A stretch of DNA of 64,000 nucleotides from an uncultured Gammaproteobacteria bacterium (GCA_964612595.1 CAZTFB010000002.1:6663-70662), one strand, 5' to 3'. Shown: positions 25,666 to 35,799, numbered from the stretch's first letter. Translations and numbers: made by a program. Notes: generated from the sequence alone by a model not told the origin.

Positions 25666-27288
25666 ATGAGTGAATTACAAACAGCCGGCATAGATACAAA
25701 TTTCAACGCACAAGATGCGCAAAAGGTTTTTGAGGCCCAAATGCGCCTTAACGAAGCCAAAATTCAATCTCGTCCACTTTTAGGTAGTTGGGCACAAACC
25801 TTCCGCAGTATATTTGGTCGCATCCAAGATGAACCAACAATTACTGCAGTACTCCCTGACAATCTAAAATCTTCACCCGAAGCAGAAGTTCAACGACATC
25901 TTTTAGGAATAAGAGACAATTATGAGTTACTCACTGCCGATCCTCTTAGAGAACGCATTACTGGTAAAGCACATGCTGATGGCTCATATATTAATCTCAC
26001 CGATACAGAAGTGGCTGCCGTTATTCCTAGCTACATGCAACTTGTTGATAATCTAACAGCTTCTCCAGATAGTGCGCATCTTTTGGAAGAAGGAAAAAAT
26101 GGCAAACTGACACTTACTACTGATGCAAAAGCAATGGCCACAAATCTTATTGACACCTTTCATGCGCAAACAATAGACTCATCTGAATATGATTTACAAA
26201 GCTTGTTTGGACATCAATTGAAGCTTATGTATCAAGGACTAAAACACGATGAAAATAGTCAAAATATTGATATGTCTGTCGTACACAGAATTTTTAGCTC
26301 GGCACGTATGCAATTTACTCGACGCATGGAAGTGCTAGAAACTGCACGACGTGAACAAGAAAGTATTACAGCTTCATCTATTGCTTTGGAAGCGCCACGT
26401 AAGCCTCGTTTTGAACTAGCACGTAAAGTAATCGGTTCAACAATTGGAATCGGACTTCTCGGTTTAGCAGCCTTCGGCTTTGCTGAGCGACAAGCAAACT
26501 CGCTTCCCACGCGCGCCCAAGCTGCTGAAGCATCCACAGCTACCCACACACCAATCTCAATTTCTCCTACCAGAACGACCGAAGTCGTTGCGACAGCAAC
26601 ACTTGACCCTGCATACGTCTTGGCCGATGTCGCACCTGCACGTACCGGAGGCGATGCGCCCTCATTACTTTCGGCTGAAGCAGCTAAAAACAATGACAGT
26701 TTCGACATACGATTTTTCCCAGGAACAGACCATGAAGAAGTAAAAACCGCATATTTTGAAGAGATATTCCCTACCTGGGAAGCTTTTAGAGCATACGTCG
26801 AACATCATGAAGCGACAAGCGAAAACAAACGATTTCAACCGCAAACCATTGATGGATTGCTCGACGTACCAGTTGGCGATCCAGAAAATAACAGTCACGT
26901 TATATTAGGTCATGCAAAAGATGGTTCACAAAAAGGTCCGTTTGAACCGATTCAAAGAGGATTTCTAGAGGGATGGCTTAAGGAAGGCTCGGAGATGCCT
27001 TTCACATTCCCCGATGGTTCGACAAAACTGGTCCGCATAATGAATATCCAAAGAATAGCTGGAAAAGACCCATCTGGTATCCATTATGCATCTCCAACAT
27101 ATTATCCAACATGGTTTGACGATAAGGATCAATATATTGGCATTACGTGTCTCCAAGATACTTCCGGGGATGGGGAGACTGATGAATATGTGAGATTCAA
27201 TATGGAGATTGATGAGAACCTCGAAGTACTCGATGGCTACGGCATAACACTTGTCGCTCCAAAAGGCGTTTTTAGCTACTCACACTAA
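25666..27288 (+). CDS. Membrane protein with a C-terminal sortase-fold (peptidase C60-like) domain
   Basis: ORF 25582..27288, with the start at MSELQTAG. Central TM segment VIGSTIGIGLLGLAAFGF. The C-terminal pattern HVILGH ... YIGITCLQD ... EYVRF matches the sortase His / TLxTC-Cys / Arg layout. Confidence 0.45.
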   Translation: MSELQTAGIDTNFNAQDAQKVFEAQMRLNEAKIQSRPLLGSWAQTFRSIFGRIQDEPTITAVLPDNLKSSPEAEVQRHLLGIRDNYELLTADPLRERITGKAHADGSYINLTDTEVAAVIPSYMQLVDNLTASPDSAHLLEEGKNGKLTLTTDAKAMATNLIDTFHAQTIDSSEYDLQSLFGHQLKLMYQGLKHDENSQNIDMSVVHRIFSSARMQFTRRMEVLETARREQESITASSIALEAPRKPRFELARKVIGSTIGIGLLGLAAFGFAERQANSLPTRAQAAEASTATHTPISISPTRTTEVVATATLDPAYVLADVAPARTGGDAPSLLSAEAAKNNDSFDIRFFPGTDHEEVKTAYFEEIFPTWEAFRAYVEHHEATSENKRFQPQTIDGLLDVPVGDPENNSHVILGHAKDGSQKGPFEPIQRGFLEGWLKEGSEMPFTFPDGSTKLVRIMNIQRIAGKDPSGIHYASPTYYPTWFDDKDQYIGITCLQDTSGDGETDEYVRFNMEIDENLEVLDGYGITLVAPKGVFSYSH

Positions 27289-27305
27289 CCTGCTATACTT
27301 TGGGT

Positions 27306-27782
27306 ATGAAATTTACCCGTCGATCCATCGTCGTCTTCGGATCCTTGCTTATTCTTGTAATTTTTCTCGGTGGATTCCGTCTTGGCCGCACCGTTGAAAA
27401 AGCTGACAAAAATTTCGTACCTCCTACAAAAATTCCTTCACCAACGCCACCAGTAAGTCCAACAATCCCCCCACTCGCATTAAAAACCTTTACTCATCCA
27501 TGCGGCGTCTCGTTTAGTTATCCATCAACACTTGATGTCGGAAACAATGCAAGTTCTGCCGCCGATCTAAAGGATGGAACTCAGTCAATTTCAATAAGCT
27601 GTGAAAAAATAGCCTCAAATTCGGGGAATGTTGTTGCTGATGTTGACGCGATTACACCAACCCCTAGTGGAGACATGTTGATGATGTGGCACGTGCGGAA
27701 TACAAATACCCGTCAGACCATTTCTTTCAAGGTGAGCACAAATCTCGTGGAGCTCGTACTCAAAACACTGAAGCTGTTATAA
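27306..27782 (+). CDS. Small secreted/membrane-anchored protein
   Basis: MKFTRRSIVVFGSLLILVIFLGG followed by a Pro-rich linker. No family assignment. Confidence 0.55.
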   Translation: MKFTRRSIVVFGSLLILVIFLGGFRLGRTVEKADKNFVPPTKIPSPTPPVSPTIPPLALKTFTHPCGVSFSYPSTLDVGNNASSAADLKDGTQSISISCEKIASNSGNVVADVDAITPTPSGDMLMMWHVRNTNTRQTISFKVSTNLVELVLKTLKLL

Positions 27783-27790
27783 TTACAACG

Positions 27791-28867
27791 ATGACTACAG
27801 ACGAAAAAATACAATTAGTATCCCAAGTTGGTGAAGAAATCAATACTCCCGAAGACCTAAAAACACTTTTAGAAAGCGGTAATCCGCTTATTGCATATGA
27901 TGGATTTGAACCCTCTGGTCAGATGCATATCGCTCAAGGCGTGCTTCGTGCAATCAATGTCAATAAAATGATCAAAGCCGGTTTTACCTTCAAAATGTGG
28001 GTTGCTGATTGGCATGCATATTTAAATAATAAGATGGGTGGTGACCTTGAGAAGATCCAAACTACCGGAAAGTATTTTATCGAAGTGTGGCGTGCTTGTG
28101 GTATGGATCTTGATCATGTTGAGTTTCTCTGGGCAAGTGATATGGTAAAAAAACCAGAGTATTGGGAATTAGTAATGAAAGTTGCGACCCAGGTAAGTCT
28201 CAACCGCGTGCTCCGCACAACACAAATTATGGGTCGTGATGATAAAGATGCCCTTACTGCAGCACAAATTCTCTACCCCATTATGCAAACAGCAGACATT
28301 TTTATGTTAGGTGCACATGTAACACAGCTTGGTATGGATCAACGTAAAGTAAATATGCTTGCGCGCCAGATTGGCGAGGAAGTAGGCTACTGGAAGCCGA
28401 TCGTGGTAAGCAATCATATGTTGTTGGGGCTTGGTAAACCTCTGGCTGATGCCACTGACGCCAAAGAAAGAGCAATTGCAAATAAAATGTCAAAATCAAA
28501 GCCCGATACTGCTATATTTATGACCGACACGCGCGATGATATTCAGCGAAAAATTACAAAAGCCTGGTGTCCCGAAGGCATTATTGAGGAGAATCCTATT
28601 CTTGAATATTGTCGCTACATCCTTTTTGAGAAATTCTCTTCGATAACTGTACAACGACCAGAGCAGTTTGGTGGACCAATGACCTTTGCTTCCTACACTG
28701 AGCTAGAAGATGCTTTTGGAAGGAAAGAGGTACACCCAATGGATCTGAAAATGGCCGTTATTGATCTGCTCGACCAATTGCTCCAACCTGTTCGAGCACA
28801 CTTTGAGGAAAATGCCGAAGCAAAATCATTGCTCGAGAAAGTCTCATCATACAAAGTAACGCGATAA
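27791..28867 (+). CDS. tyrS: Tyrosyl-tRNA synthetase, archaeal/eukaryotic type
   Basis: FEPSGQMHIAQG (HIGH region), YPIMQTADI, GMDQRKVNMLAR, KMSKSKP, HPMDLK. Collinear with what I recall of M. jannaschii TyrRS. TATAAT lies 7 nt before the ATG. Confidence 0.88.
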   Translation: MTTDEKIQLVSQVGEEINTPEDLKTLLESGNPLIAYDGFEPSGQMHIAQGVLRAINVNKMIKAGFTFKMWVADWHAYLNNKMGGDLEKIQTTGKYFIEVWRACGMDLDHVEFLWASDMVKKPEYWELVMKVATQVSLNRVLRTTQIMGRDDKDALTAAQILYPIMQTADIFMLGAHVTQLGMDQRKVNMLARQIGEEVGYWKPIVVSNHMLLGLGKPLADATDAKERAIANKMSKSKPDTAIFMTDTRDDIQRKITKAWCPEGIIEENPILEYCRYILFEKFSSITVQRPEQFGGPMTFASYTELEDAFGRKEVHPMDLKMAVIDLLDQLLQPVRAHFEENAEAKSLLEKVSSYKVTR

Positions 28868-28873
28868 CCACAT

Positions 28874-29836
28874 ATGAAAAGCACGCTAAAGCTCGCCTAT
28901 TTCGGTACTCCATCGTTTTCTACTGAGCTTATTAAGAAGATCCTTACAGAGGGCAAAGAAACGTTCAACGTTATTTGTGTGGTAACACAACCTGATAAAC
29001 CTGTTGGGAGAAAACAGGTAATGACACCGTCTCCTGTTAAGCAACTAGCACAAGCATATGGCATTCCGACATATGACAATATTAATAAGGAAGTTAAGGA
29101 AGTATTAGATACATGTGATATCGCGTTGGTTTTTGCATACGGACATATAATTAAGCCGAATCTTCTCAGAGCCCCAAAGTATGGATTCTGGAATGTTCAT
29201 CCATCGGCGCTTCCATTGTATCGTGGTGCTTCACCGCTGGTGTTTCCTATGCTGCTTGGTGATAAAGCAAGTGCTATCAGCCTAATCCGCATGGATGAGA
29301 GAATGGATCATGGTCCAATAATTGCCCAGAAAAGTATCGAACTACCACCCGAAATAATGTATAGCGATATGCTTAATGAGATGGCCCAGATGAGTTACTA
29401 TATACTTCTTGAAAGCGTTCAAAACATTAGTACAAGTAACCTTGTTTTAACTGCCCAAAAAGAAGATAAAGCATCGTATACTCAGCTATTATCTCGCCAA
29501 AGCGGCTATATTTCTCTCTCCCTCCTAAGGAAATTATTGAAGGAAGAAAATCTGACATACGAAGAGCTCCCAGAAATTTTTCTGACATATCTAAGGAAGA
29601 ACCCACATGTTTCTTACAACCCACCTAATGGCATGCAACTTTTGTGGAATATGTATAGATCCCTCTCACCATGGCCAGGCGTATGGACCGAGATTGAGCT
29701 TGAAGGTGTAAAGAAGCGGCTTAAAATCGTCGGTATGGCCTACAATGAGGGAAGTCCGAAGCTCATATCTGTCCAGCTTGAAGGCAAAAATCCAGTTTCA
29801 TATGCATCTTTTTTAGAGTCATACCGTATTACTTAA
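28874..29836 (+). CDS. fmt: Methionyl-tRNA formyltransferase
   Basis: FGTPSFS, VVTQPDKPVGRK, NVHPSALPLYRGASP. Confidence 0.9.
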   Translation: MKSTLKLAYFGTPSFSTELIKKILTEGKETFNVICVVTQPDKPVGRKQVMTPSPVKQLAQAYGIPTYDNINKEVKEVLDTCDIALVFAYGHIIKPNLLRAPKYGFWNVHPSALPLYRGASPLVFPMLLGDKASAISLIRMDERMDHGPIIAQKSIELPPEIMYSDMLNEMAQMSYYILLESVQNISTSNLVLTAQKEDKASYTQLLSRQSGYISLSLLRKLLKEENLTYEELPEIFLTYLRKNPHVSYNPPNGMQLLWNMYRSLSPWPGVWTEIELEGVKKRLKIVGMAYNEGSPKLISVQLEGKNPVSYASFLESYRIT

Positions 29837-29871
29837 TAGAAATTTAACTTTCGTTTTGTATTCTTTCCTTT

Positions 29872-30078
29872 ATGAAGACTGTATTGACTCAAAGACAGAT
29901 TCGAAGACTTGCAAGTATTGTTGATGATGTAAATCAAGTGTGTATAGGCTCAGTTGTCTTGCCGCCCATTATCTTGAGTGATACAATAAACATCAGGGGC
30001 CTGGCAGGTTTCTTAGTCGCAATTACCGGTGTCTGGATATCATTAAGGTTAGAAAGGATTAGCGAGAAAATAATATGA
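29872..30078 (+). CDS. Small membrane protein
   Basis: 68 aa with two hydrophobic segments. Confidence 0.4.
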   Translation: MKTVLTQRQIRRLASIVDDVNQVCIGSVVLPPIILSDTINIRGLAGFLVAITGVWISLRLERISEKII

Positions 30079-30176
30079 GTGTGGCACAAATCAACTCACA
30101 ACTATTAATATACATAGCTTATGGAATATTCTTAATATTGGTTCTAATTCTTGTTTATACAAGAAATAGAGATTAA
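30075..30176 (+). CDS. 33-aa single-TM micro-protein (below the ORF-track cutoff)
   Basis: ATGA overlap with the previous ORF. My translation is MSVAQINSQLLIYIAYGIFLILVLILVYTRNRD. Confidence 0.3.
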   Translation: MSVAQINSQLLIYIAYGIFLILVLILVYTRNRD

Positions 30177-31465
30177 TCCAGGCGTATGCTTCTCAGAAGA
30201 TGAAATGAGCCTGTTATCAGAATGTATTCTGCGCCTGATGTTCTTGACTTCGACAATGCCTGGCTAGGTTCGCTAATCCAGGTATGCGGAATACCAGCAA
30301 GATCAAACGCATCCTCAAGCTGTTTCTTTTCCATCACACGATTAACTCCAGGGTTATGAGGGTCAACAAATTGAGTAAGGAGCACCTCATGAGCTATACT
30401 TTTTAAGTTTTTGGCCATACTAACTACATCCTTCGTCCATTTACAGGAAAAAATAATTGTCGCCTTTTTGTTCGGAAAAAGTGTGCTAAATGTAGCAACA
30501 ACTGAGGCAATTTTCTCCGGATTATGCGCTACATCAAGAATAGTCGTTTTATTTTTTTGCCGAAGAATAGAAAATCTTCCGGGATTTTTAACTTTTTTTA
30601 GTGCTTTTCGCACGCCTCGTTCGAATTTATTAAGGGGATACGCTGGCCCGAGCAACGCTCGGGCTGCAGTTATAGCGACTGCAGCATTATCTGCCTGATG
30701 TGCGCCAATAAGTGCTATATGTAGATCCTCTAGGCGCATATTATCTTCAATCGCATACCCCCGATACGAAAAGATTGTCCCCTTTTCACTTACCTCAACA
30801 TTGTTAACCTCAAAATCCTTCCCAAGATAGCTAGGAAGCACATGCGTTTTTCTCGCAGCATCTGCAATAACTCTTACCACATCATCAAACTGTCGTCCTA
30901 CAATAACTTTTTTGTTGCTTGTTTTAATAATTCCTGCCTTATGTTTAGCAACATCAACCCTATTATTTCCCAATAGTCGTGCGTGGTCGATGCTGATCGG
31001 CACAATTACACTCACCTCACTCTCTACGACGTTCGTTGCATCGTACAATCCGCCCATTGCCGTCTCCACAACAATTACATCAACATTTTCTAATACAAAA
31101 TGCACTAAGGCTCGGGCGGTAAGCTTTTCAAAAGATGTGTATAGTCCAATTTCTGGTACTTCAACAGACGCAACCAGCCGTTCAACAATTTTCCTTGCGC
31201 GCGCATCGGCACGTGGTAATATATGTGTACCATTCACCTGAATAGATTCGCTCGCTTCATACAGATAGGGGGTAACAAAAATCCCTACCCTGAGCCCCAA
31301 AGCCTTTAATATCTCGGCTATCATTATGGCTGTAGATCCCTTTCCCGATGTACCGGCAACATGAAGCACCTTGTAGGTTGGCTTGTACTCTGCCTTAAAC
31401 TGCTCATACAGCCTTCGCATACGCAAGAATCCAATTTCTCCTGGATACATATTTTTCATCGACAT
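30173..31465 (-). CDS. folC: Folylpolyglutamate synthase / Mur-ligase family protein
   Basis: HVAGTSGKGST P-loop and Mur-ligase middle and C-terminal layout; 430 aa. Confidence 0.75.
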   Translation of the reverse strand: MSMKNMYPGEIGFLRMRRLYEQFKAEYKPTYKVLHVAGTSGKGSTAIMIAEILKALGLRVGIFVTPYLYEASESIQVNGTHILPRADARARKIVERLVASVEVPEIGLYTSFEKLTARALVHFVLENVDVIVVETAMGGLYDATNVVESEVSVIVPISIDHARLLGNNRVDVAKHKAGIIKTSNKKVIVGRQFDDVVRVIADAARKTHVLPSYLGKDFEVNNVEVSEKGTIFSYRGYAIEDNMRLEDLHIALIGAHQADNAAVAITAARALLGPAYPLNKFERGVRKALKKVKNPGRFSILRQKNKTTILDVAHNPEKIASVVATFSTLFPNKKATIIFSCKWTKDVVSMAKNLKSIAHEVLLTQFVDPHNPGVNRVMEKKQLEDAFDLAGIPHTWISEPSQALSKSRTSGAEYILITGSFHLLRSIRLD

Positions 31466-31511
31466 ATCCTATTATGCTACAAATACACTCATTGTGCTTT
31501 ATACTTACCTT

Positions 31512-32324
31512 ATGGCACTATCGCTCATCATAGTCGCACACAATGAGGAAGAACACATAGGTAAAACACTTGCTTCTGTATATGATTTTGTAGATGAAAT
31601 TATTCTTGTCGATGCCGCTTCGACTGATGAAACGAGTAAAACCGCCGAAGCAGTCGACAAAGAAAAAAAACTCAGAATATATCACGAAGATAATCCTCCA
31701 AACTTCATTATCAATAAACAGCGCGCATTAGAAAAAGCCACAAAAGAATGGATTCTCGAGCTTGATGCAGACGAAATCGTCACCCCTGAATTGGCTGCTG
31801 AAATGCAGGACCTGGTCCTGAAAGACTCTGGCACCGTCGCCTATTGGATACCCCGCCTTAACCACATAATGAACAAGCCCCTTAGAAAAGGTGGGCAATA
31901 TCCAGACTATACTATTCGCCTCTATAAAAAAGCCCATGCGAAATTTCCTGTCAAAACAATCCACGATCAGGTTCAAATCGACGGCTATAATACAATAAAG
32001 GCCAACGTTCTCGCTAATGAACACATTGGTATGCTCATTAATCCACTCTTACACTACCCCTATAAAAGTCTCGTTACATTTTTTCGCAAGTGGTCTCAAT
32101 ACGCAGTGTTTGACGGCGATGAATGGTATAAAAACGGCATGCGACCATCACTCGGAAATTTCATAAACATTTGTGTGTGGAACCCACTGTATTGGTTTTT
32201 GCTCACTTACTTCCGCCATCGCGGATATGTTGATGGGTTTCCTGGGCTTGCGTTCTCATTCTTTTCAGGTCTTCGTTATTGGGTTAGTTATATGCGTTTA
32301 TACGAACTTTCTACAAAAAAATAA
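31512..32324 (+). CDS. Family 2 glycosyltransferase
   Basis: LSLIIVAHNEEEHIGKTL, VDAASTDET, LDADE. TATACT lies 6 nt before the ATG at 31512. Confidence 0.8.
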   Translation: MALSLIIVAHNEEEHIGKTLASVYDFVDEIILVDAASTDETSKTAEAVDKEKKLRIYHEDNPPNFIINKQRALEKATKEWILELDADEIVTPELAAEMQDLVLKDSGTVAYWIPRLNHIMNKPLRKGGQYPDYTIRLYKKAHAKFPVKTIHDQVQIDGYNTIKANVLANEHIGMLINPLLHYPYKSLVTFFRKWSQYAVFDGDEWYKNGMRPSLGNFINICVWNPLYWFLLTYFRHRGYVDGFPGLAFSFFSGLRYWVSYMRLYELSTKK

Positions 32325-32381
32325 CGGCTTGCATTTTCTATAACTCCTTTATAAAATAACCTTTTCCAACTTTTTACATAT

Positions 32382-34316
32382 ATGGATGCACATTTCCTCA
32401 TAGACGTCATTATTTTTTCAGGATTGTTTTTTGTGGGCATAGCTCTGATGAGTCCACTTACAAAAAAATATTCCTTCCCTTACACCATTGCTCTTTTAAT
32501 TGTAGGTTTCGTGACACAACAGCTCCTCCATTTATTTCATATTGATTCACACCTTGTCCTTTCTCCAGATATTATTTTCTTTGTCTTGCTTCCTATCCTG
32601 CTTTTTGAAGGTGCTCTACATATAAATTTCCACCAGTTCCGGCTTCAATTTAAAACAATTACTGCACTTGCCACATTCGGACTTCTATTGTCAATATTTA
32701 TTGTTGCATTTGGTTTAGCTCGTTTAGCGAATATTCCTTTCGAAGTCGCTTTACTCTTTGGGGCAATCATATCATCAACAGACCCTATCGCTGTTCTCGC
32801 ACTCTTTAAACACTTAGGAGGTCCAAAACGATTATCGCTCCTTGCTGATGGTGAAAGTATGTTTAATGATGCGACTGGTGTTGTTGCCTTTAGAGTAATC
32901 TCTGGATTCGTTCTTGCAGGTAAAGCATTTACCAGCGACGCTATTTTTGCAGGATTTGGTAGCTTTGCTTATATTTTTACCGGAAGTATTATTCTCGGAC
33001 TAGTTATGGGGTACATTACTTCTGAGATTATTCGCCGCATTGACAACGATCCACTTGTTGAAGCGGTGCTTACCGCAGCTTTAGCAATAGGTTCTTTTGT
33101 CTTTGCAGAACATTTCTTTCATCTATCAGGTGTCATAACAACAGTTATGGCAGCAATAACTCTGGGCCATGTAGGACGAACGCGCATTTCGCATAAAACT
33201 GTTCACTTTATTGAAGAACTTTGGGGATTCCTTGGATTTATTTGCGTCTCGCTTGTTTTTTTCTTTGCCTCATTCAACCTGGATATTTCGATATTTACCG
33301 ATAATTACATGGCAGTCATTTACGCGGTACTTATGGTCCTCATCGCACGCGCAGTGTCTGTCTATACAACCTGTTTCTTAACAAATACCCTTCCATTTTT
33401 TAAAGACGAGCCAAACGTTCCGCTATCATGGCAACACATATTAAATTGGGGTGGCCTCAGAGGAGTTATTCCACTTGTACTCGTCTACTCGCTTCCAGAA
33501 AGCTATGCATACAGAGAAGAATTACTCGCCTTTACAATGGGAAGTCTACTTTTTACCTTGCTCTTTAACGGCATTACGATAAAAAATCTACTCCTTTCAT
33601 TAAAACTTCACCTTCCAAAAAACGAAGAAGAAATTATTACTTATGAGTCGGAAGTTTTTGCAGCTGATGCAACATTGAAAAAACTTGAGGAGCTCGATCC
33701 ACGTGAATACGACAAAAAATTGATTAATGATATGAAAAAGCATATTGCCCAGAGCCAAGAAAAATTGAGAAAGAAACTGCTTAAAATTGGTGATGCGGAT
33801 GAGGTGTTGGTAAGTCTGCGACTACAATCTCTCGATATTCAACGCAATATTGTCCGCAACCTCCACGATCGAAGATATGTTAATGAAAATGTGTTCTATG
33901 AGTATGATCTTCAACTAGATATGCAACAAGATGCGCTCGAATATCCAGACGTTTATGCCGAAGAAATATCATCAGCTAAGTCGTTTAGAGCTCGTCTAAA
34001 ACGTATGCAATCTATCGCAAAATCAATGCCGATGTTTAAACGCATCGCATCTGAGTCAAAGGATCAATTGGTAGAAGAGCGCTATTCGTTATTACGAGCA
34101 CGCATTATTGCGAATCTAGAAGTTCTTTCATATCTCGAAAAATGTGAAAAGATTTTTGAGAGCAAAAAGACTTTTGTGCAGAAAGTAAAGATGGTTGAAG
34201 CTATTTATAGGAATCATCAGAAAAATAATAAGGAAGAAATTGTAGCAATTGAGAAGAAATATCCACGCATTGTAAGTTCATACCAAAAAAAACTGCTAGT
34301 AGCCACAATTGGCTAA
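32382..34316 (+). CDS. nhaP: CPA1-family Na+/H+ antiporter (NhaP-like) with a long cytoplasmic tail
   Basis: AIISSTDPIAVLALF, GESMFNDATGVVAF, and about 12 TM segments. Confidence 0.85.
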   Translation: MDAHFLIDVIIFSGLFFVGIALMSPLTKKYSFPYTIALLIVGFVTQQLLHLFHIDSHLVLSPDIIFFVLLPILLFEGALHINFHQFRLQFKTITALATFGLLLSIFIVAFGLARLANIPFEVALLFGAIISSTDPIAVLALFKHLGGPKRLSLLADGESMFNDATGVVAFRVISGFVLAGKAFTSDAIFAGFGSFAYIFTGSIILGLVMGYITSEIIRRIDNDPLVEAVLTAALAIGSFVFAEHFFHLSGVITTVMAAITLGHVGRTRISHKTVHFIEELWGFLGFICVSLVFFFASFNLDISIFTDNYMAVIYAVLMVLIARAVSVYTTCFLTNTLPFFKDEPNVPLSWQHILNWGGLRGVIPLVLVYSLPESYAYREELLAFTMGSLLFTLLFNGITIKNLLLSLKLHLPKNEEEIITYESEVFAADATLKKLEELDPREYDKKLINDMKKHIAQSQEKLRKKLLKIGDADEVLVSLRLQSLDIQRNIVRNLHDRRYVNENVFYEYDLQLDMQQDALEYPDVYAEEISSAKSFRARLKRMQSIAKSMPMFKRIASESKDQLVEERYSLLRARIIANLEVLSYLEKCEKIFESKKTFVQKVKMVEAIYRNHQKNNKEEIVAIEKKYPRIVSSYQKKLLVATIG

Positions 34317-34393
34317 TTACTTTAGGTGCGGACATAAGGAAAGCATCTTATACTCCGTACGTTTGTGCACTTTAAAAACTCGGCGCACGTTAA

Positions 34394-34436
34394 GGACCTC
34401 TATGTGTGGCGAACAACTCGCTCTACATAGAGGTCC
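34394..34436 (+). promoter_or_regulatory. 12-bp stem-loop in the cassette D leader
   Basis: GGACCTCTATGT (34394-34405) pairs with ACATAGAGGTCC (34425-34436). Confidence 0.35.
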
Positions 34437-34485
34437 CTATCCGAAATCCCGCGCAATCTTGCGCATCACCCATGGAGCCAAGTCT

Positions 34486-35778
34486 ATGAACGAAAAACGC
34501 ATAACGATTGGGATCTACATCATCGCACCTGTGGTGATGTTGTTAGCCAATCATTTCCTGAGGGGTGGCCAGGGGATCGGCGCACTCTCTCACGAAGAGC
34601 TTGAGGCGACGCTCTTCACAGCCTACCACTTGATTGCCTGGACGATCTGGCCTGAGGCTCGGTCTACCGGCTTTTGGTCAGGTGTTCACTGGTGGCGACA
34701 GCGGAGCATGAAGACGCTGATGTGGCTCACAGCACCCCTCGCACTACGAGGAGTGTCGATCTACATAGCTGCAAGTGTATTGGATCTCGATCATCCGACG
34801 ATCGTAGCCGGAGCACTTGTGGCAACAGATCCAGCGGCAGTCGGTCTCGCTCTAGGCCTCGTTGGCGAAGCCCGCTACCTTGCCGGTATGAGCTGGCAGC
34901 TGACCGTCGAAAGTCTCTACAACGACGTCATCGGCCTCTTCGTGATCGGTATCGGCATCGGCTTGACTGGGGCGATGCTCGGCGCTATGGTACTAATGAG
35001 TATCCTATACGGACTCATCTTGGCGATCGCGCTTGCCCTGGTCGCGGAAATCCTCCGCGTTGCTGGCCTTGCTCGCCGCCTCGAAGTACCTCTGCTCTCT
35101 GTCGTCATGCTCGCCGCCCTCTACTTCCTGAGCATACAGGGGAGCGTCTCGCCACTTTTCGTCTCAGTCATTGCTGCAAGTGGCTTTGACGTCCTCGACG
35201 CTGTGGTGCTTCGAAATCCTATTAATGGAGATCGTCACCACATTACTCACCAATGGGAATGGGCAAATCGCCTTGGCCTGGCGGGGATCCTCGGCCTCTA
35301 CGGATGGCTCCTCCCCTTGGCATCGATCAATGGCACAGTGTTCATGGGTTCACTTGCCCTGCTTGCCAGTATCGTGGCAACACGATTTCTGTCGGCCTAC
35401 GGCGAAGAACGTGGACAGCCCATCGTCGACAATGAGTCTGGCTTTGTCTATGGCAACGAGGTCAACAAGTTGATCTGGCTTGCCGGCTCGACTTGTTTGG
35501 GAGTTCCTATGCTAGGAGCGATCGAACTCTACGTAAAGGGTGATTCGTTAGCTGGCTCTATGGTTTTCACGACCATCGGGCTTTCACTTCTGTTGATCCC
35601 AGTAACCGTCCTCATGTTTGTGAGGACTGAGCAGAAGTTCGCTCCGCTCTTCGATAAAGCTCTCAACGCGTCGATGGCAACACCTGGCGTCACAAGGCTC
35701 GTCACTGCAGTTCGACGACGCCAGTCACGGAATCGAAAGGCAGATCATCCGGAGGTCCCTCACAACGACGACCGCTAA
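34486..35778 (+). CDS. Cassette D: divergent CPA1-like cation/proton antiporter
   Basis: About 60% GC. GGAG lies 8 nt before the ATG at 34486. VATDPAAVGLAL and VESLYNDVIGLFV parallel the TDP and ES..ND motifs of the neighbouring nhaP. Polytopic. Confidence 0.6.
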   Translation: MNEKRITIGIYIIAPVVMLLANHFLRGGQGIGALSHEELEATLFTAYHLIAWTIWPEARSTGFWSGVHWWRQRSMKTLMWLTAPLALRGVSIYIAASVLDLDHPTIVAGALVATDPAAVGLALGLVGEARYLAGMSWQLTVESLYNDVIGLFVIGIGIGLTGAMLGAMVLMSILYGLILAIALALVAEILRVAGLARRLEVPLLSVVMLAALYFLSIQGSVSPLFVSVIAASGFDVLDAVVLRNPINGDRHHITHQWEWANRLGLAGILGLYGWLLPLASINGTVFMGSLALLASIVATRFLSAYGEERGQPIVDNESGFVYGNEVNKLIWLAGSTCLGVPMLGAIELYVKGDSLAGSMVFTTIGLSLLLIPVTVLMFVRTEQKFAPLFDKALNASMATPGVTRLVTAVRRRQSRNRKADHPEVPHNDDR

Positions 35779-35799
35779 CTAGCGGTTCACAATCGAATA

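Noticed and set aside
30230-30270. A partial match to the REP motif (GCGAACCTAGCCAGG) inside folC.
   Set aside because: Only about 14 nt are shared, the ACGGTCTT arm is missing, and the match lies in frame within conserved coding sequence. It is probably chance.
34674-35473. Alternative-frame ORFs inside cassette D (34674..35189, 34917..35108 -, 35171..35473, 35253..35435).
   Set aside because: The products are Arg/Ser-rich shadows of the membrane-protein frame and have no start context.
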